A DNA stretch of 64,000 nt from Lingula anatina. Taxonomy: Eukaryota > Animalia > Brachiopoda. The notes beneath the pieces were generated by a model. That model ran no database searches. It was not told the origin of the DNA and worked only from the letters and a program-made list of their open reading frames with translations. Below, in pieces: positions 15,001 through 29,000 of this stretch. The stretch is from the NCBI GenBank assembly GCA_051362555.1, contig CM120642.1, positions 31,124,001 through 31,188,000 of the forward strand. Direction: 5' to 3'. The translations under genes and the position numbers were made by a program. How positions within the stretch are numbered: position 1 is the stretch's first letter; every line of letters starts with the position of its first letter.

Positions 15001-18000
15001 ACCGCAATATCATGGAAGAAACAGACAGAGCTTCAGGCATTAATTTCCTGCTAATAGTGAGTAGCCACCACAAAAACAACAACTTCTATTTTGCTTCAGT
15101 CTGATCTTAATTAACTGCACAGGTTTGGATAGCCTCCTAGTTTTAGCAACTTATTTGATTACCAGATAGAAATACATACGTAAGGCCAATGAACCTTGAC
15201 ACATGGAGGAAGAAATGTGGAAAACAGATTCAGGAAATGCTTTCTGTGGTCAAACATCTTTGCCAAGAACCTCAGGCATAGAGTAAGGTTCTTTCTCTTC
15301 CGCTTTGATATTTGGTATGTGTGCACATGTGCATGTGTGTGTGCGTGCATGCTGAAGGCATTACTAGTACTTTATGAAATACAAGAAGTTCTGAAAGTAC
15401 TACAATATTTGGTACAAGTGTTGTTTTGTCAAAGTTTTAGAGTTCCAATCTTATGTAGTAGGTGAAAAAAATAGGGTGAGGTTTCATTTTCAGGAAATAC
15501 TTAAACGACTGGTGGGTCAATATCATAACATCAGCGCAGTTCCTGACATTTTCCTCTCCGGTGCACTCAAAAGAATTCATCCATATCTGACAATTGAGGA
15601 GTTGCAAAATTAATTAGCAAACAGTATCTACACTTCTGATAGCTGTTAACTTCACACATGAGTAAAGATTGTTCCACGTGAGTTGAGACTATGTATCACA
15701 GTAATCAATACAGTTCAATTGCTCTCCCCATTTCTTCTATGTGTTCTACATTGCCAATGCGATAACTGCAATTAACTGAGTCACAAACAAACATACAAAA
15801 ACACAAGACGATAGTAACAACCCATTAAATGCTGTTGACAACACCAGGAATTTGTTACACTATCTTTTTCATTTGGTTCAAGAGCAATCAATTTTTTAAG
15901 CTTATGCACTCACATCAATAGGAAACTGCAACAAGGCTGAGTGATAGGTTTCATTTATCCTGTCTCGGAAATTACGTTAGTCAATAAGTCAGTGAGTGTG
16001 ACTGGGAGTAAAAATTGGCAGTTTATAAATAGAGCAGCTCATCTGGGTCGTGTTCTACGTCAATGAGTTTAATGTTAACGCACACTGCACTATGCTTTTC
16101 TCACTGACGGTAGGATCTTGGAATTCTAAAAGATCTCTTGGGGGAATTCTGAGAAAAACTAAAACGATATTTTTTTTCTAAGAAAGCAGTAATGATGCAG
16201 CATGCAACATGATTAATGGAAAACAAAATCAAATTCCCATTTGTATTATTTCCATATACAGTTCCTTCAACAGCTAACAGTAATATCTATAAATACAAGC
16301 AGGCACTTTGGAACAAAGCACAAAAATACAGACAAGTCAATACAGAAAGATGTTTGCAGAAGAAAAAAAAAAGAAGAAGAGAAGACCACCTTTGTCATTT
16401 AAATCAAGAAAAGGCAGGTGCTCTTTTTCTATACCTTCCAGCCAGATTTCTTTTCAATCGACCTCAGACTTGATAATACCCTAGATTAAAAACCATTACT
16501 TCCTGAGGACCGACACTGCTATTAATTTAGTAAAAGGCATGAATGCACTCTTGTCCACGCCACAATTACATCATTATTTAGCTAGCTGTGTGTAATCAGG
16601 GAGCTCATCTCCTTATCCAGGGTCTTCTGATAAGACACCTTGCAGTCAAACATATCCACCCCCTTTGTGCACATGTCAGGAGGGATCAACCCCCAATGTT
16701 AAAAATACACCCCAAGGGCCCTATGTGTTAACAACCTCTGCCCCATCCTGTTTTACATCACACCACCGTCACATGTATGCATCTGGAATCCCTTCAGCTA
16801 TGTCTTTGGCCCTGGAAGCTGGATATTAGGCATTGACCACATTTCCTGATTGCGGACAGTCAGGAATAGCTGAAGGGACAGACAGAGGGAGTGAGGTTAC
16901 TCACAATAATTTACCTGTTCAAACAATATCTACCTCACAACTTGCCTCAGAGCTGGAATGCTCCAGGAACCAAACCAATGATACCCCAATAGGCATGAAT
17001 AATAACATAAACTACAAAAGTTCAGATTTGTCATTTGAAAGAAATGAGATAAATTCATTAACAATCCTGATTTAAAGTTAAAAGTTACATCAAACCATAG
17101 CCAGTTTCAAGTAACAAACAACAACAGCCAGGATTAAATCCAAACCAAAAACTCACAGTATCTTTTCAGCATGTTCTTCTTATAGGACTTGGTCGGCGTG
17201 GTAGGGGTGGTCGGTGTGAGAGGTAAGTAGTCCGTGACACCGCTGAGGGGTGTCGGAGCAGGACAATTCGTTGGCAGTTCCAGCTTTGGTTTCTTAATTG
17301 ATAAATCTAATACAGGTGACATGTCCACCGATGTCACCGTCTCTTCTCGCCACATGATGGTAAGTCCTTGTGTCACCCCTCTCTAGTCTTATCCTTAACC
17401 GTATATGATAGATTCTTAAATAACTGACAGACTGATAATAATCCTCCTTGTCACTGCTATTATAAACTCAATTCTAACCACAACACAGTTTTCCTGAATG
17501 TTTCAATAATCCTTAAGTCTCTGTTAATACACTCAAATTTGATTTCTTTCCTCCTCTGGTTAATCAATATATTTCTCCAGATTATATTCTAAGCTTTCAC
17601 AGTCGATGTCTCAATTCTCAGTCACTCTCAGTACAAATCCACTTAGAGACTGAGCCCACTGTGCTGGGTTCCTTATCACGCTTGTTTCTACTCCACTTCC
17701 TATAGTGAGTCACATGACCAGGGTATACATAGCTCATGCCTGAGAGCTTTCAGTGTAATCAACGACCTTAACAACACCTTAGAGGGAGGAGGGCAAAGGT
17801 AGTGCGCAATTCACCACCTGCCCACAATAGAATGTTTACAGGTAAAAAAACGGGATGCCACACCTAGAGGATTATCCCAATTGAGTTTACGACAAAACTT
17901 TACAACTCTTCAAAAGTTATCTTAAAAAGAGGTGCCCTGTGCAGTAAAAAGAAAAAAAATCTGAATATGCAGACTCCCCCCTTAAATTACAGTAGCACAG

Positions 18001-21000
18001 TCCAGAGGGTTCAGCCAATCAAAAGGCTCCTAGCATAATCATCAGTTGAGCTCAACAAGCAGCAAACTGTAGTGGGGCTTTAAATGACAACCATCTCATA
18101 ACAACTGAGATACAACACTCAACAGGTAAATAGGAAGTGGAAATTGCACACCCCGTAATCATTATCCCCACCCGAGATGATGTCGATTAGAAACTTATAA
18201 ATAGCGTGAACATACACAGCGGCTGGCTCCAACGTCACAGATCATTACTCTCAACAAGATGCATTACGAGAGAAAGGAGAAAAAGGCTACGCATCAAAAT
18301 AACCAGATCAATATCTTACTACGCACACGGCACCTGCAGTGCTTAGAAAATGCGAGATGATAAAAATACTTAAAGAGGAGTATGTAATTGCACTTGACAT
18401 TTACCATTTGTTTTAACTTCAAATTCCGAAACTTAATGCAAGGTATTTTTCCTTACTTCCTGAAACTCTATTTTTGTGACTTTATTGACAATAATAGCAT
18501 TTGTCTTGTTATATTTTTTTTTCTTTTCCAACATGAGTCACTGACATGTTTATAGCCCCTGCAATGATACCATGCTACACTGCATTCTGCAATAAATGCT
18601 CTTAGCACTGAAATCAAAATAACACTAATGATAACAATTTGAAGGTTTTGATTCTGGGACAGCGATTTCTCAATAAAAGAAATGTAAATCATACTTGCAT
18701 GTGACATTACAGCATTAACGTCAATAACACCTGTTGTCAAATTTTCAATATGACGGAATAATTTATTACATTTTAACCCTTTATATTGAATTTGATAATT
18801 AGAAATGGGTTCATATGAAATGAACAGACAGCATGTGGTAAGAGGTTTTTCTAAGACAGGGAATAAAACTAGTCAGTTTGGATGGCATATAAATAATATA
18901 CATTTAGATATATATGACCATGTTGAGAAAATAAAGGCAATTTTACACTTATGTTTTATGACTTAAAAGACATGTTTTTTCCAAATTAAAATGAACTTCT
19001 GAAGCAATTGCAAATATCTTCAGGCATATAACCAACAAATTTGAGGTTTGGTCTGTGTATTCTTAACAACATTCTTCACCATTTTCTAACAACTGAAAGC
19101 TAGTGGCCATTCTACTTCTATATTTGCCTATTTTAAAGCTGAAGTCACCATTATAAGTCCAGCATCACACCTGTCGTCCGAGTTACCAATCCAATGACAC
19201 AGTTTGAGCTCCGGCTTAGAGTTAATCAGTGACTGGACGGTCAATAATTTTATCTTGGTTCCTCCCTCACACTAGGGTTATGTCCTCTACAGTCAGGTAA
19301 ACAAGTAGCTCTACACTGAAGTTGGCTTTAATAAATAACACTACATTATCACAGGCAGGTCAAATCAACTCTTATTTAACAGGGATTAAACTTCTCAATT
19401 TACATTTTACATAACATTCCTCTGACCAGCCTGCTTTTACATAAAGTACATTATTATTTTTTTTTTTTTTTCAATCGTCAATGAACCCTTTCTCACAACA
19501 ATTATGGAGATAAATGTGTAGGCTAAATGGTGTTTTGGCAAGCAATGATAATAATAATGAAATGCAATAAAAACAAAAATAATAAAAAGTCACAGTGGAA
19601 CAGTAATAGCAAATCTCATAGTAACACCAAATGGGCAAGAGAACTACCTAAAAATTATTTGGCCTAAAGATAGAGGAGTTTTCAAAAGACCAAAGAAAAT
19701 GGCAAGAAAAAGATAAAAAAGTTTATAACATAATGTTGTGACAACATTTTCACAGTCCAAGGAGTCCATGTTTCTGGTAAACTTCACTGCTACAGAGAGA
19801 CACAACTGTAACAATGACATGGAAAACTCTGCTGCGACACTGCTGCTGACACCTATTGGCAAAACTAAGAACTACAAACAAGGAAGTAAATCACTAAAAA
19901 TACAGCTGCTTATAAATTAAATACCTCTTCACTTATGGCACAAATAAAAAACTCACAATTTATAAAAACTGCACCTTTTTTTATTACATATTTATCATTA
20001 TCATTCTATTTTATTACTTTTTTGTTTTGTCTTTCTACTTTGCTTTTGCAAAGATTTTCAAGTATATACAGTAGATCTATACAGTTAAATTTTTTTATGT
20101 GTTTACAAATGGTATTCATCGAGCTAACATGTTTTCAATCCACTTCTCCTCCATTGCTTCCTATGCAACTGAAATTTCAAGAGCTTACATTATTTTATAA
20201 ACATAGATAAAAGGTTCACATCAGGGATTTTGGGCACTTGTTTTGCAGCCAAGTGCTTTCCCAGAATAATGTGCCAAAAATAACTAGAGGATCAGAGAGG
20301 CGATACCGCCTCTGGATATTGTACCACCAGCTGGAGTAAGCGCATTCGTATGCCCCCCCCCACCAAAAAAAAATTGGACACCACCACCAGTCTTGTGCTT
20401 GACAAGCTCTATAAAATGCAATAAACAAGAGTTCTCAAAATATGCAAAAAAAAAAAAAAAAAAAAAAAAAAATCAAAAAAACATAACAGTTTAAATGGTC
20501 CAATCAAGGAGATGTTCAAATTGACCTGTATTTTCCTAACACTGATCACTCCTGTGATTTTCTAGACAATAGGCCTATTGGTTTTCCTTGAAATGCATTA
20601 TCAGTATTGCATATACCGGTATGCTAACAAAAGAGAAAACCTAGGGACAACACTGGGCAGATCTCTGCTAGTTTTGAAGATATGAAGGGCAAGAAAATAT
20701 GCAGAGTTCAGTTTGTGATAAAAAGTAGGTCAAAGGTCAATTTCAAGGTCACAGTATGTGACTTCCTATATAAGTTCAATAGTAGCTATGGGCATTTCTT
20801 TGCCAATGTTGGAGATATGAAGGCCAGGAAACAAGCAAAGTGCAGTTCATCATAAATAGTAGGTCAAAGGTCAATTTCAAGGTCACAGTAAGATTGCCAG
20901 TATATGACTTCCTATTCAAGTTCAATAGTAACTTTGGACCTATCTCTGCCAGTTTTCGAGATATAAGGGATAAAAAAATTTGCAAAGTTCAGCTTATGTT

Positions 21001-24000
21001 GAAAAGTAGGTCAAATGTCAATTTCAAGGTCACAATAAGAATGCCAGTATATGACTTCCTATTCAAGTTTAATAGTAACTATGGGTGTATCTCTGCCAGT
21101 TTTGGAGATATAAGGGATGTAAAATTTGCAAAGTTCAGTTCATGGTGAAAAGTAGGTCAAAGGTCAATTTAAAGGTCACAGTTAGATTACCAGTATATAA
21201 CTTCCTATTCAAGTTCAATAGTAACTATGGGCGTATCTTTGCCAGTTTTGGAGATCTAAAGATCAGAAAACTTCAAAGTGCAGTTCATCATGAAAAGTAG
21301 GTCAAAGGTCAATTTCAAGGTCACAGTTAGATTACCAGTATATGACTTCCTATTCAAGTTCAATAGTAACTATGGGCATATCTCTGGTAATTTTGGAATA
21401 TTTAACATTTTCCCCACTGAATATTGCGATGTTGTAATTTTTGATATAGCGCAATGCCTAAACCATACCTAAAACAAAAAAATGGACACCACCTCCAGTA
21501 TTGCACTTGACAAGTTTTACAAAATGCAAGGAACAAAAGGTCTCTGGCATTTACCATTCCAGAATAAAAGCAAGTTTTCAGTTTCGGTATCTAATGGCTG
21601 CTTCTCCCGTGAAAATGCACCGATTGACCCCAAACTCCCAAAGATGAAAGGAGTCCCCAATTGTAACCCCTCACTATAACAGGAGAGCTTAGATCTGTGT
21701 AGTTTCCAAAAAATAGCACAAACAAATATTTTTTTGCAGAAAATACCCATTTTTAGAAAATTTTGGCTTGTTTGACCTTGAAAAAAAGGTCAAAAGTCAA
21801 ATCCAAGGGCATATTTGGAATCTCCAGATATGACTTTCGGTCAGGCTTCTGTGGTAATTTTTCCCATAATTCCTTTGGTTTGGGAGATATTTAGCCTTGA
21901 ATTTTCAAAAATTTTGACAAGGGTGCGTTTCAACAAGTGTCACGCCCAGGCCAATGCACCGACAGAGACAAAAAAACCAGGGTGTTCAAGTTGAGATCAT
22001 ATGTGACCTAAATCCAAGAGATGGGGACACAGGTCCTGGCGGTCTAGGAGGAGAAGTGGTAACGGTGACTTGTTTCCGGCGCCCGACTGCGGAGCCGCAG
22101 GAGCCGGCGGAGCTGTACGAGACGGGTCGGGACTAAAACCATGAGTACCGCCAGCGTATACGCTGGTGGTACTAATAAACTTCGCTCTAATGAAGATTAT
22201 GTCAAATTAACCCCCCCCCCAAATTTTTTTTCTCCTCATTTTCACTTGATCTAATACGCCATTAACTAATTCAAATAATGGGCCTTGACCCCTTATTGCC
22301 AACCCTATTGCAATACATTTTGTTTTGCCAAACCAGAAGTATTTACCTCTCTTAACATGAAGTTATCATTGAGCACTTTCATTTCCACCGTAATTTGAAT
22401 CATTAATTTTGGAGTCCTCCTCCATATTGATCATTAATATACAATTGAAGTTTACCACATGGAGCTCTTGACTTAAGCCATTTCCATTCATTTCATTTCT
22501 TTCTTAAGACCATCTAATTCTAAATGCAAATCAATACTATTTCCTGAAACTGAACTTTCCAGAAAAAATAAATCAATAAAGCCCTTTCAGATACTTAATA
22601 TTCTTATTATTATACTGTCCCCTACCACATCATGAAAACCTATAACAGGACACAGGAACAAAGCAGTACAGGAAGTTTCTGCATATTGACTATATGCAGC
22701 AGGTATGAAATATGAATAACACATTATGTTCTACCCACATGAAAAATCAACAACCAAATCCATACCACAGCTTTCTGATCAGAATTGTTTTACATTTTGT
22801 ATAAATGCCAATCACACACCCCTATTTTTCTTCTTCCTTGTGTCACACATATGAACACATTGAATTTTAAGATTATATATCAACTTTCCAACATAAATAA
22901 AAATAAAAATATATAAAAGAAAAAAGGAGGACTTTTTTGTGGTGTTTGCTCACGGATAGCATCATTTGATTTCCAGTATTTGTGGGTTACTAACACTTGA
23001 AAAAATTTGAGATCACATGCCTATAGCTCATGAAATTTGCAAATGTGATTTCAAACATTTATCATAAACCAAGTCATGAAGTTCTCATGTCAGGGCACAC
23101 TATATTTTCATTAATTTGTCAAACACGCCCCTATATATATGAACAGTAATCTCAGAAATAAGTTGCATCTAAAGAAAACAACACTGGAGTCTTCGAAGAA
23201 ACCCTACACCTCTCCAAAATTAGTTTTCTTACACAGTCAAATAAGTTATGAAAGCTAACAGTGAAGTTTTATGTGGAAGGCAGATGATGATGACCTTGTT
23301 GGTTAAACTGCCAAGGTGAACTTGAAATTTATGCTGCACCGAGATCAAGAAGGAGAATCTACCTACGGCTCTAGGAATCTGACAAGGCCAGGAAACTCTG
23401 CGTAACCCATCTGTATGGTGTTGCATTTGAGATGATTTATATTTGCAACAGTCCTCTGAATTCAACTTACACATGCTTAGAAATAATAAATGTGATGTCT
23501 AGCAGCACATCAGACCTTTCCTCTTCATTTCCTGCTTCTAATATATTATGGAGAGGCAATCAATTCTATGGTCTTTGGTTTACTGTCAGTGATGCACCTG
23601 TACCCGTACAAGGAAGCTGTACTAAAATAATACACCTAGACCACATAAGCAACTTTGGCAAACTACCCAATTAGGGATAACATATCTATTTCCTCCTATA
23701 GAAAAAGAAAAACACAATGGTCAGTGAAATCATTCTTGCCAGCACTGACACATCAATGGCAGCTTGTAGGCAAAATGTGATTTTTTTCTGCATATATTTT
23801 TTAAAATTAAATTTTGGCAAGTTTTTTCATTAATCAGTATTATGATAGATATATGTTGTGTCCAAAACATTAAAGCTGAAATGTTGGATGTCAAAATTAA
23901 AAAAAAAAATTGTATGGATGTCAAAATTAAAAAAAAAATTGTATAACAGGGAGATTAATAGAGTTAAGATAATGCAATGGATTTTGTTAGGCCTCATCAA

Positions 24001-26020
24001 AATCGTTTTTTTAAGGAGAGAGTCATTTGTATTACAACTGCCTTAGAAAAACTTCAGACGATAGAGCCTGAAAGAATATAAACTTAAAACTTAGTTACTG
24101 TTATTGTTCTATCCTACAATTATTGAAATAAGTAAAGTAAAATGTTTCAACTGATAAAAACTGGAACAATGGGACTAAATATGTATCATATTTCTGCTGA
24201 AAATCAAAGGTATCTTATATGGGATTTTTCCTCCAAATCAGATTTTCCATGAGAAAAAAAGAAAGCCATTTTCTCCTACTCATGAATCACTCCTCAACCC
24301 CTTCCTGCACTAACACCAGTTCTGTGTTGTTCCAAAGTGCATTTTACATGACACACTACATTAAATAATGCTTTCCCCTATCGTTACTTAATGTAATTAT
24401 AAACCAAGTAACCATGTAGCACCCAGGAAAACTGACAGCGATACAGCAGCTTGCTACTCCATCAGGGCCTTTTAAACATTTTTTATTAAGTAGAATTACA
24501 CGTGAGATCATATATATGATTCCAATACATTTCAATAAAATACAAAACTGACCCTTAGGTTACAATATCAAAAACCCAAGAGCCAAGTGAAAATGGACAG
24601 TGGTGTTTTTTCTTTAACACAAGACAGCAATTCTAATAACCTGCCAAAATAAATTACATTTTGTTTTTAAACAATCTGTCTAAACTGGCTTAAGGGTAGC
24701 TGAAATCACATGCAAATGAAAAATATCTGACAGAAAATCCTAACTCTGCAATTAACCTGCGATCCTTCAAACTGTAAAGTATTGATTTGTTCACTGAAAA
24801 TCCCATTTAGCAACATGTAGTACTATGCCCTGTTGTATTAAATCTTAAGCTTACAGTTGATCTGTGACTGAATCTGAAATTCCATGAATATCAACATATT
24901 TTTCACAAAAACTTATTAATGCAGTCAGTGATGCTAAATTATTCATTCATCTAATTTTATATTCAGGCACTACTTCTACCAATATTTCTCAGATTTCTAA
25001 AATTGACCTCATGTGCAGAAACCCATTTACTTCCTGCTTGGAAAAATTGAATTAGTCTCAATTACACTTCATAACAAATGAAATCCTTACACTCTCAAAC
25101 AAAAGAAAGTCAGAAATGACTTAAACACAAACACTTCATTAAACACCATCTAATGATATTTTGTAAAATGATGGAACTTTGAACTTTAAAATATATGACA
25201 CTGTCCATTACTGTCATGATGTAAGAAGGATGCCTCTAGTATACAAGGTGTTTTATCTGCAGTTACTGGCTTTAACCATCCAACTTGATGCAGGTGTGTA
25301 CATTTTGTTCACCAACAAAAGCTGTATATTATAATTGTGATTCTGTTCAGCAATAGCGGTTTGCCTAGAGAGGAATAAATATGTCCCAACTGCTTCAAAC
25401 AGTATGATCTCCACAACTGAGGTGGGGCTCATTTGCCTTTGCTGCTTTGTTAGTTTACAGCCTTATACAAAAGGTTACAGGTTGTTTCGGATAAAATTTT
25501 CAGACAAGGTTAGAAATGGGTTAACTTAAAATCAATAAGATTTTGGTTTGTATCCTTTAATAAAATAACAATGACAGTAAGAATTAAGCTGACTATCTCA
25601 TTGTTTTTTTCAGTTATTATTTTAACTTGTTTCAGTGGTATTTCTAATTTGGGCACTTTAATCTAAACACCTTTATAAGCAAAAATAATATTTAGCATCA
25701 GGGCACTATGTTTGGCATAATACTTATGAAAAGGATGGTCAAATCATATTAAATTTTAATGATATTAAAGGAAAAGCAGGCTAGTGCTACAAATAACCAA
25801 TTGTGTGCTGCAGCACACCAATAACACATGTATCAAATTTAAAAAAATATGACAAATACATTACTACAATAGTTCACAGACTGTTGGCTATATACATATG
25901 TAGGTAATTTCTATAAAATATAAAAAATAATAATTTTGATATGTTTGATCATGGTTTGGTTTCCATGGAGAATTTTGTCTGTAAACCAATACTCTACAAA
26001 ATCAGAATCAACATTACAAA

Positions 26021-26051
<31 letters not shown>

Positions 26052-29000
26052 AAACAATAAAACGACAATTTTTGATTAAAAAAAGAACAAACATAAATAA
26101 ATGATAGATCACGACTCACAGTTAAAAGGTAGTAGTTTATATCAAATATTGAATATATCGGCCATTGACAAAACCATGTGGTGCACTTCTTGCGTTTGTA
26201 ATTTAATCGCAGAAGTGCTTCTTGTTATTATCAACATAACAAGTAATCGAACAAGTGATAGCCCCAAAAAGGTCAACGACATAATTTTTTGTCGTAATAA
26301 TAGCTAATAAATAATGTTACAGTCCAAAAGCAGTTTTCAGAAACGCAACCTTCTCGACAGGAAGCCATTGCCTATAATAAGCATTGCTGCTTTCTACCAC
26401 TTCCTGGTTAGGATTACTGAAGCCGATTTGACAGTAAAAACCTTACCAGAAATCAAAAACAAAATGCGAGCTCCTAACCCACTGTCATGACCTACACGAC
26501 TTCTCAACTTTTTTTCAATTTCAAACTTAGTTACCTGCTTGCAACAGCAAATCCAAATTGCTCGTCGTCGTTTCCTTACTTACGGCCATCTTGTCTTGGA
26601 AACTTTATACAACTAGATCAATCCGCGAAGTGAAAAAGCAGGAAATGAAGGAAAACAAGAAAATAGGGCAAGGTACTTTTGCTGTATTTAGTACCCAAAT
26701 AAATTGATTTGTAAAATTATCGTACAACATTTCCATTACGAAAGATATCAAATTATCTTCGCTTGGTAAAGTATGCTTGAAATATATTTCAGAGGCCTTA
26801 GCTATGACCAAAACACCTGCCAATGCGGAGGGGTCAAGGTGATAAAATGCGTGACAAGGCCCCTGCTGTTGGTGCATGTGGGTCAGTGAACACAACGTGG
26901 AATTTAACAGTAGTAGGATCGATCAAAACTGTTTTGATGTTGCTATTCGTTACAGTTAGAAAACCGCTTCATGTTGTAACAGTTTAAGGCCGTTAATTTT
27001 ATATCATACATTTCCTCCAAATTAATTGGTCTGATAAATGTTAATGGAAAACGAGTTTTACAACTTCTTGAACGGGTCTCGACTGCGCTTTATTTTCATT
27101 TCTAAACCTACCTTAAAACGCATTGTTTGTGCATATTTACTGTTATGTAATAGCTCGCGTGGGCTACTTTGTACAGCCGTCTTTTCACAAATTCTATAAA
27201 GAGCAGCTATTGGGTGGCTTCTGAGGCGTCAATTATCAGCTTAAACTTGATCAACTTTTCTGACAACCCATGCCAAATTTTCACAGTGAATGCTTGATGG
27301 GTATTTTTAAAAATATCTTTAATTACTCCATAGAAAATTCGCAAGTCTAATTTGATGCTTTTAATTTCGAAAAAAAAAAGTTTAAAATATTTATTTATTT
27401 AATTAACCCCTCCTCCCCACCCCACCTACACTGAACCTCTTTGTACTTAAATAGGTAGTGACTAATCAGTAACTGGATTCGCCTAACTGTGAAGGTTCAT
27501 TATAACTTTTTTATTTTACAAGTTTCCACGTTCTATACAGTTCTGTCAAATTACAAAAATAAGTCAGAAAGAACAAACCTGACAGCTGGAAATGTCACTA
27601 AATGATGTTACTGAAACAGTTGTTTTTTAATTTAAAATCTCTGAGTACGAAAAAAAATCAAGATATTCATCTTCAACTGGTTCAATCTTATTTTGTCAGT
27701 TACAGTGGAACTTTTTTTTTACAGCTAGCACCCAGGAATGCAATAAAGTGTCTACAGATATGGGTTCAACTAGACCCACAGAGAGAGAGGGAATTAACAC
27801 ACAATGAAGGCAAATAAAGCATAATCCATATTCAGCTGTATTTCATAAATTACTTCCTTATTTTGAAAATAAATAAATAATGATAATTATACATTTTTGC
27901 TACCCTAAGATAAGTCATATCTGCATATGACTACCCTAAGCAAAATATCAGGCCTGCTGCAAATTAGCAGTGAATTTGCAGCAAAGGTGCTGCATTACTA
28001 CTGCAGACTTTTCATTTGGGTAAGGGTACAGGTATGTTAAAGTTATTCATATCCAGATATGGGTCATTCATTTTAATCATCATTTTCACAAGTCAACAAA
28101 AATCTACTAAGACTAGAGATTTTCAGGGGGTATACGAGGTAAAAGGCTAAAAATAATAACCTTTGGCAGCACACCCCTGGGGGTGATCATTTTTATAATT
28201 TTTTAAAGTGTATGGAAGGCATTAACACACCCCCCCCCCCCCCACAGCAAACAGTTTGTAGACTTGTGAAAATGATTATATAAATGGATTTCCCTTATAT
28301 TCACTAAGTAAAAGGACACTTACCAAATCTCATTCTTTTCCTCCTTGTTCTGAGCTGCCTTTTTTGCAGGGCTTCAGGGTTCCAAAGATCACTGTCATCG
28401 TTACTCAGAAGTCTCTCATTCACATCAATTCCAAAATCTTCCTTGAATTTGTTACATGAGCTTGAGCTGGAATAGCTGTCTGTTTCGTCAAAATAATCGG
28501 AGTCTATGCCATGCAGGTCTGCATTGTCCAGGTATGTAAGTTCTTCTGGTTCTTTATACACTATGACTGAAGGCCCATGGTCTTCCTGTGAGTAAAAAAA
28601 AAATGAAATGGTGAACTGATGCAAGTATCACTTCTGATGGAAACTGAAGCATGGTATGCTGTCGGAAATGTGATATAAATGTAATTTTCCAAAAGACTTG
28701 TGGATATTTATCAAATTAGGTATTTATATTGACTATACATTATTAAATGATATATTTCTTCAGTGATAGAGTAACAAGTACTATACTGAGAGTACAAGTA
28801 CTGAGAAAGAAACTTCGCTGAGCTGTTCACTTCAAAAATGGTAATTATTTTGAGCAAAAATATTCAGTGTATAATAAAGTGATGACCTTAATATTTTGAA
28901 TTATAGGTTTAGTTTTAATTGATATATATGTATTGTACAGTATCACCACAGCAGTTTCGTATTTTGCAACAAATTCTCTCTTATTACCTGTTAATTAGCA

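Noticed and set aside
20840-21472. Repetitive ORFs (KSRSKVNFKVTVRLPVYDFLFKFNSN)
   Set aside because: They are translations of the 146-bp satellite in shifting frames.
27930-28025. ctgc/gcag-rich imperfect palindrome
   Set aside because: Probably a decayed MITE fragment; the ends and TSD cannot be defined.
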